Below are positions 31,446 to 32,000 of a stretch of 32,000 bases of DNA, piece after piece; within the stretch, counting starts at the first letter, position 1, and each line of letters begins with the position of its first letter. This stretch comes from Burkholderiaceae bacterium (lineage in GTDB: Bacteria > Pseudomonadota > Gammaproteobacteria > Burkholderiales > Burkholderiaceae_C). Both the position numbers and the translations under genes were made by a program. The notes below the pieces were generated by a model, which saw nothing but the letters and a program-made list of their open reading frames with translations, did not search any database and was not told the origin of the DNA. The DNA is taken from assembly GCA_965234775.1 (NCBI GenBank), contig OZ248562.1, one strand, 5' to 3'.

Positions 31446-32000
31446 TCACAACCTCACAGGTATCCCCCGCTCCCGCATCCTCTGCTTGGCCTGCTGCACC
31501 GTGTACTCACCATAGTGAAAAATACTGGCAGCCAGCACCGCATCGGCGCCGCCGGTTTGAATGCCGTCGGCCAAGTGGTCCAGGTTGCCCACGCCACCCG
31601 ATGCAATCACCGGCACGGGCACGGCGTCGCTGACTGCGCGGGTCAGCGCCAAATCAAAGCCGCTTTTGGTGCCGTCGCGGTCCATGCTGGTGAGCAAGAT
31701 TTCACCCGCGCCGTGTTCTGCCATTTGCGTGGCCCAGGCCACGGCGTCAAGGCCGACGTTTTTGCGGCCGCCGTGGCTGTACACATCCCAGCCCGGGCCC
31801 ATGGGTACGCCATGTGAATCCAATCGCTGTTCTTCAAGCGCAGAGCGGCGCTTGGCGTCAATCGCCACCACGATGCACTGTGCGCCGTATTTGGCAGACG
31901 CATCGCGAATGACTTGCGGGTTGGCAATGGCCGCTGAGTTGAAGCTGGTTTTGTCGGCACCTGCATTCAGCAATCGGCGAACATCGTCCACGGTGCGCAC
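31446..32000 (-). CDS. hisF: Imidazole glycerol phosphate synthase cyclase subunit HisF (5' part lies outside the window)
   Basis: [76 protein letters not shown] are typical HisF. The ORF is open to the window end. Confidence 0.95.
   Translation of the reverse strand: MRTVDDVRRLLNAGADKTSFNSAAIANPQVIRDASAKYGAQCIVVAIDAKRRSALEEQRLDSHGVPMGPGWDVYSHGGRKNVGLDAVAWATQMAEHGAGEILLTSMDRDGTKSGFDLALTRAVSDAVPVPVIASGGVGNLDHLADGIQTGGADAVLAASIFHYGEYTVQQAKQRMRERGIPVRL

Overview
High-GC betaproteobacterial chromosome segment; the gene order looks Burkholderiales/Comamonadaceae-like, which is inference only. Core genes are, on the + strand, pilB-pilC-coaE-zapD-yacG, and on the - strand, mutT, a DUF815 ATPase, argJ, secA, sspB-sspA, petC-petB-petA, pdxA, a Nif3/YbgI-like gene, a DegS-like protease, tatC-tatB-tatA, a HIT protein, hisE-hisI and hisF. 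A DUF721 gene and mscL lie on the + strand and tRNA-Thr on the - strand. Two accessory insertions interrupt this backbone. (1) A ~6.75 kb AT-rich island (7741-14491) sits in the 3' end of secA. It is bounded by a perfect 29-bp direct repeat that duplicates the last secA codons. It carries a large tyrosine integrase, a second catalytic-domain-only tyrosine recombinase, an HNH endonuclease plus m5C methyltransferase pair, a truncated H-NS-like protein, three unknown ORFs and a ~1.1 kb repeat-dense non-coding stretch. (2) A decayed integron (~28757-31310) lies inside the his operon between hisF and hisI. It has a ~30-codon intI remnant, an attI-like junction, two well-formed attC sites and a truncated third. 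Its cassettes encode a cN-IA-type 5'-nucleotidase, a TM/DUF4145-like orphan and hicB with a decayed hicA. An oppositely oriented yefM-yoeB module follows the array. The best candidates for undescribed biology are the integron cassettes and the small recombinase with its non-coding region and neighbouring unknown ORFs in the secA island. All calls come from reading the sequence and translations; no database search was possible.
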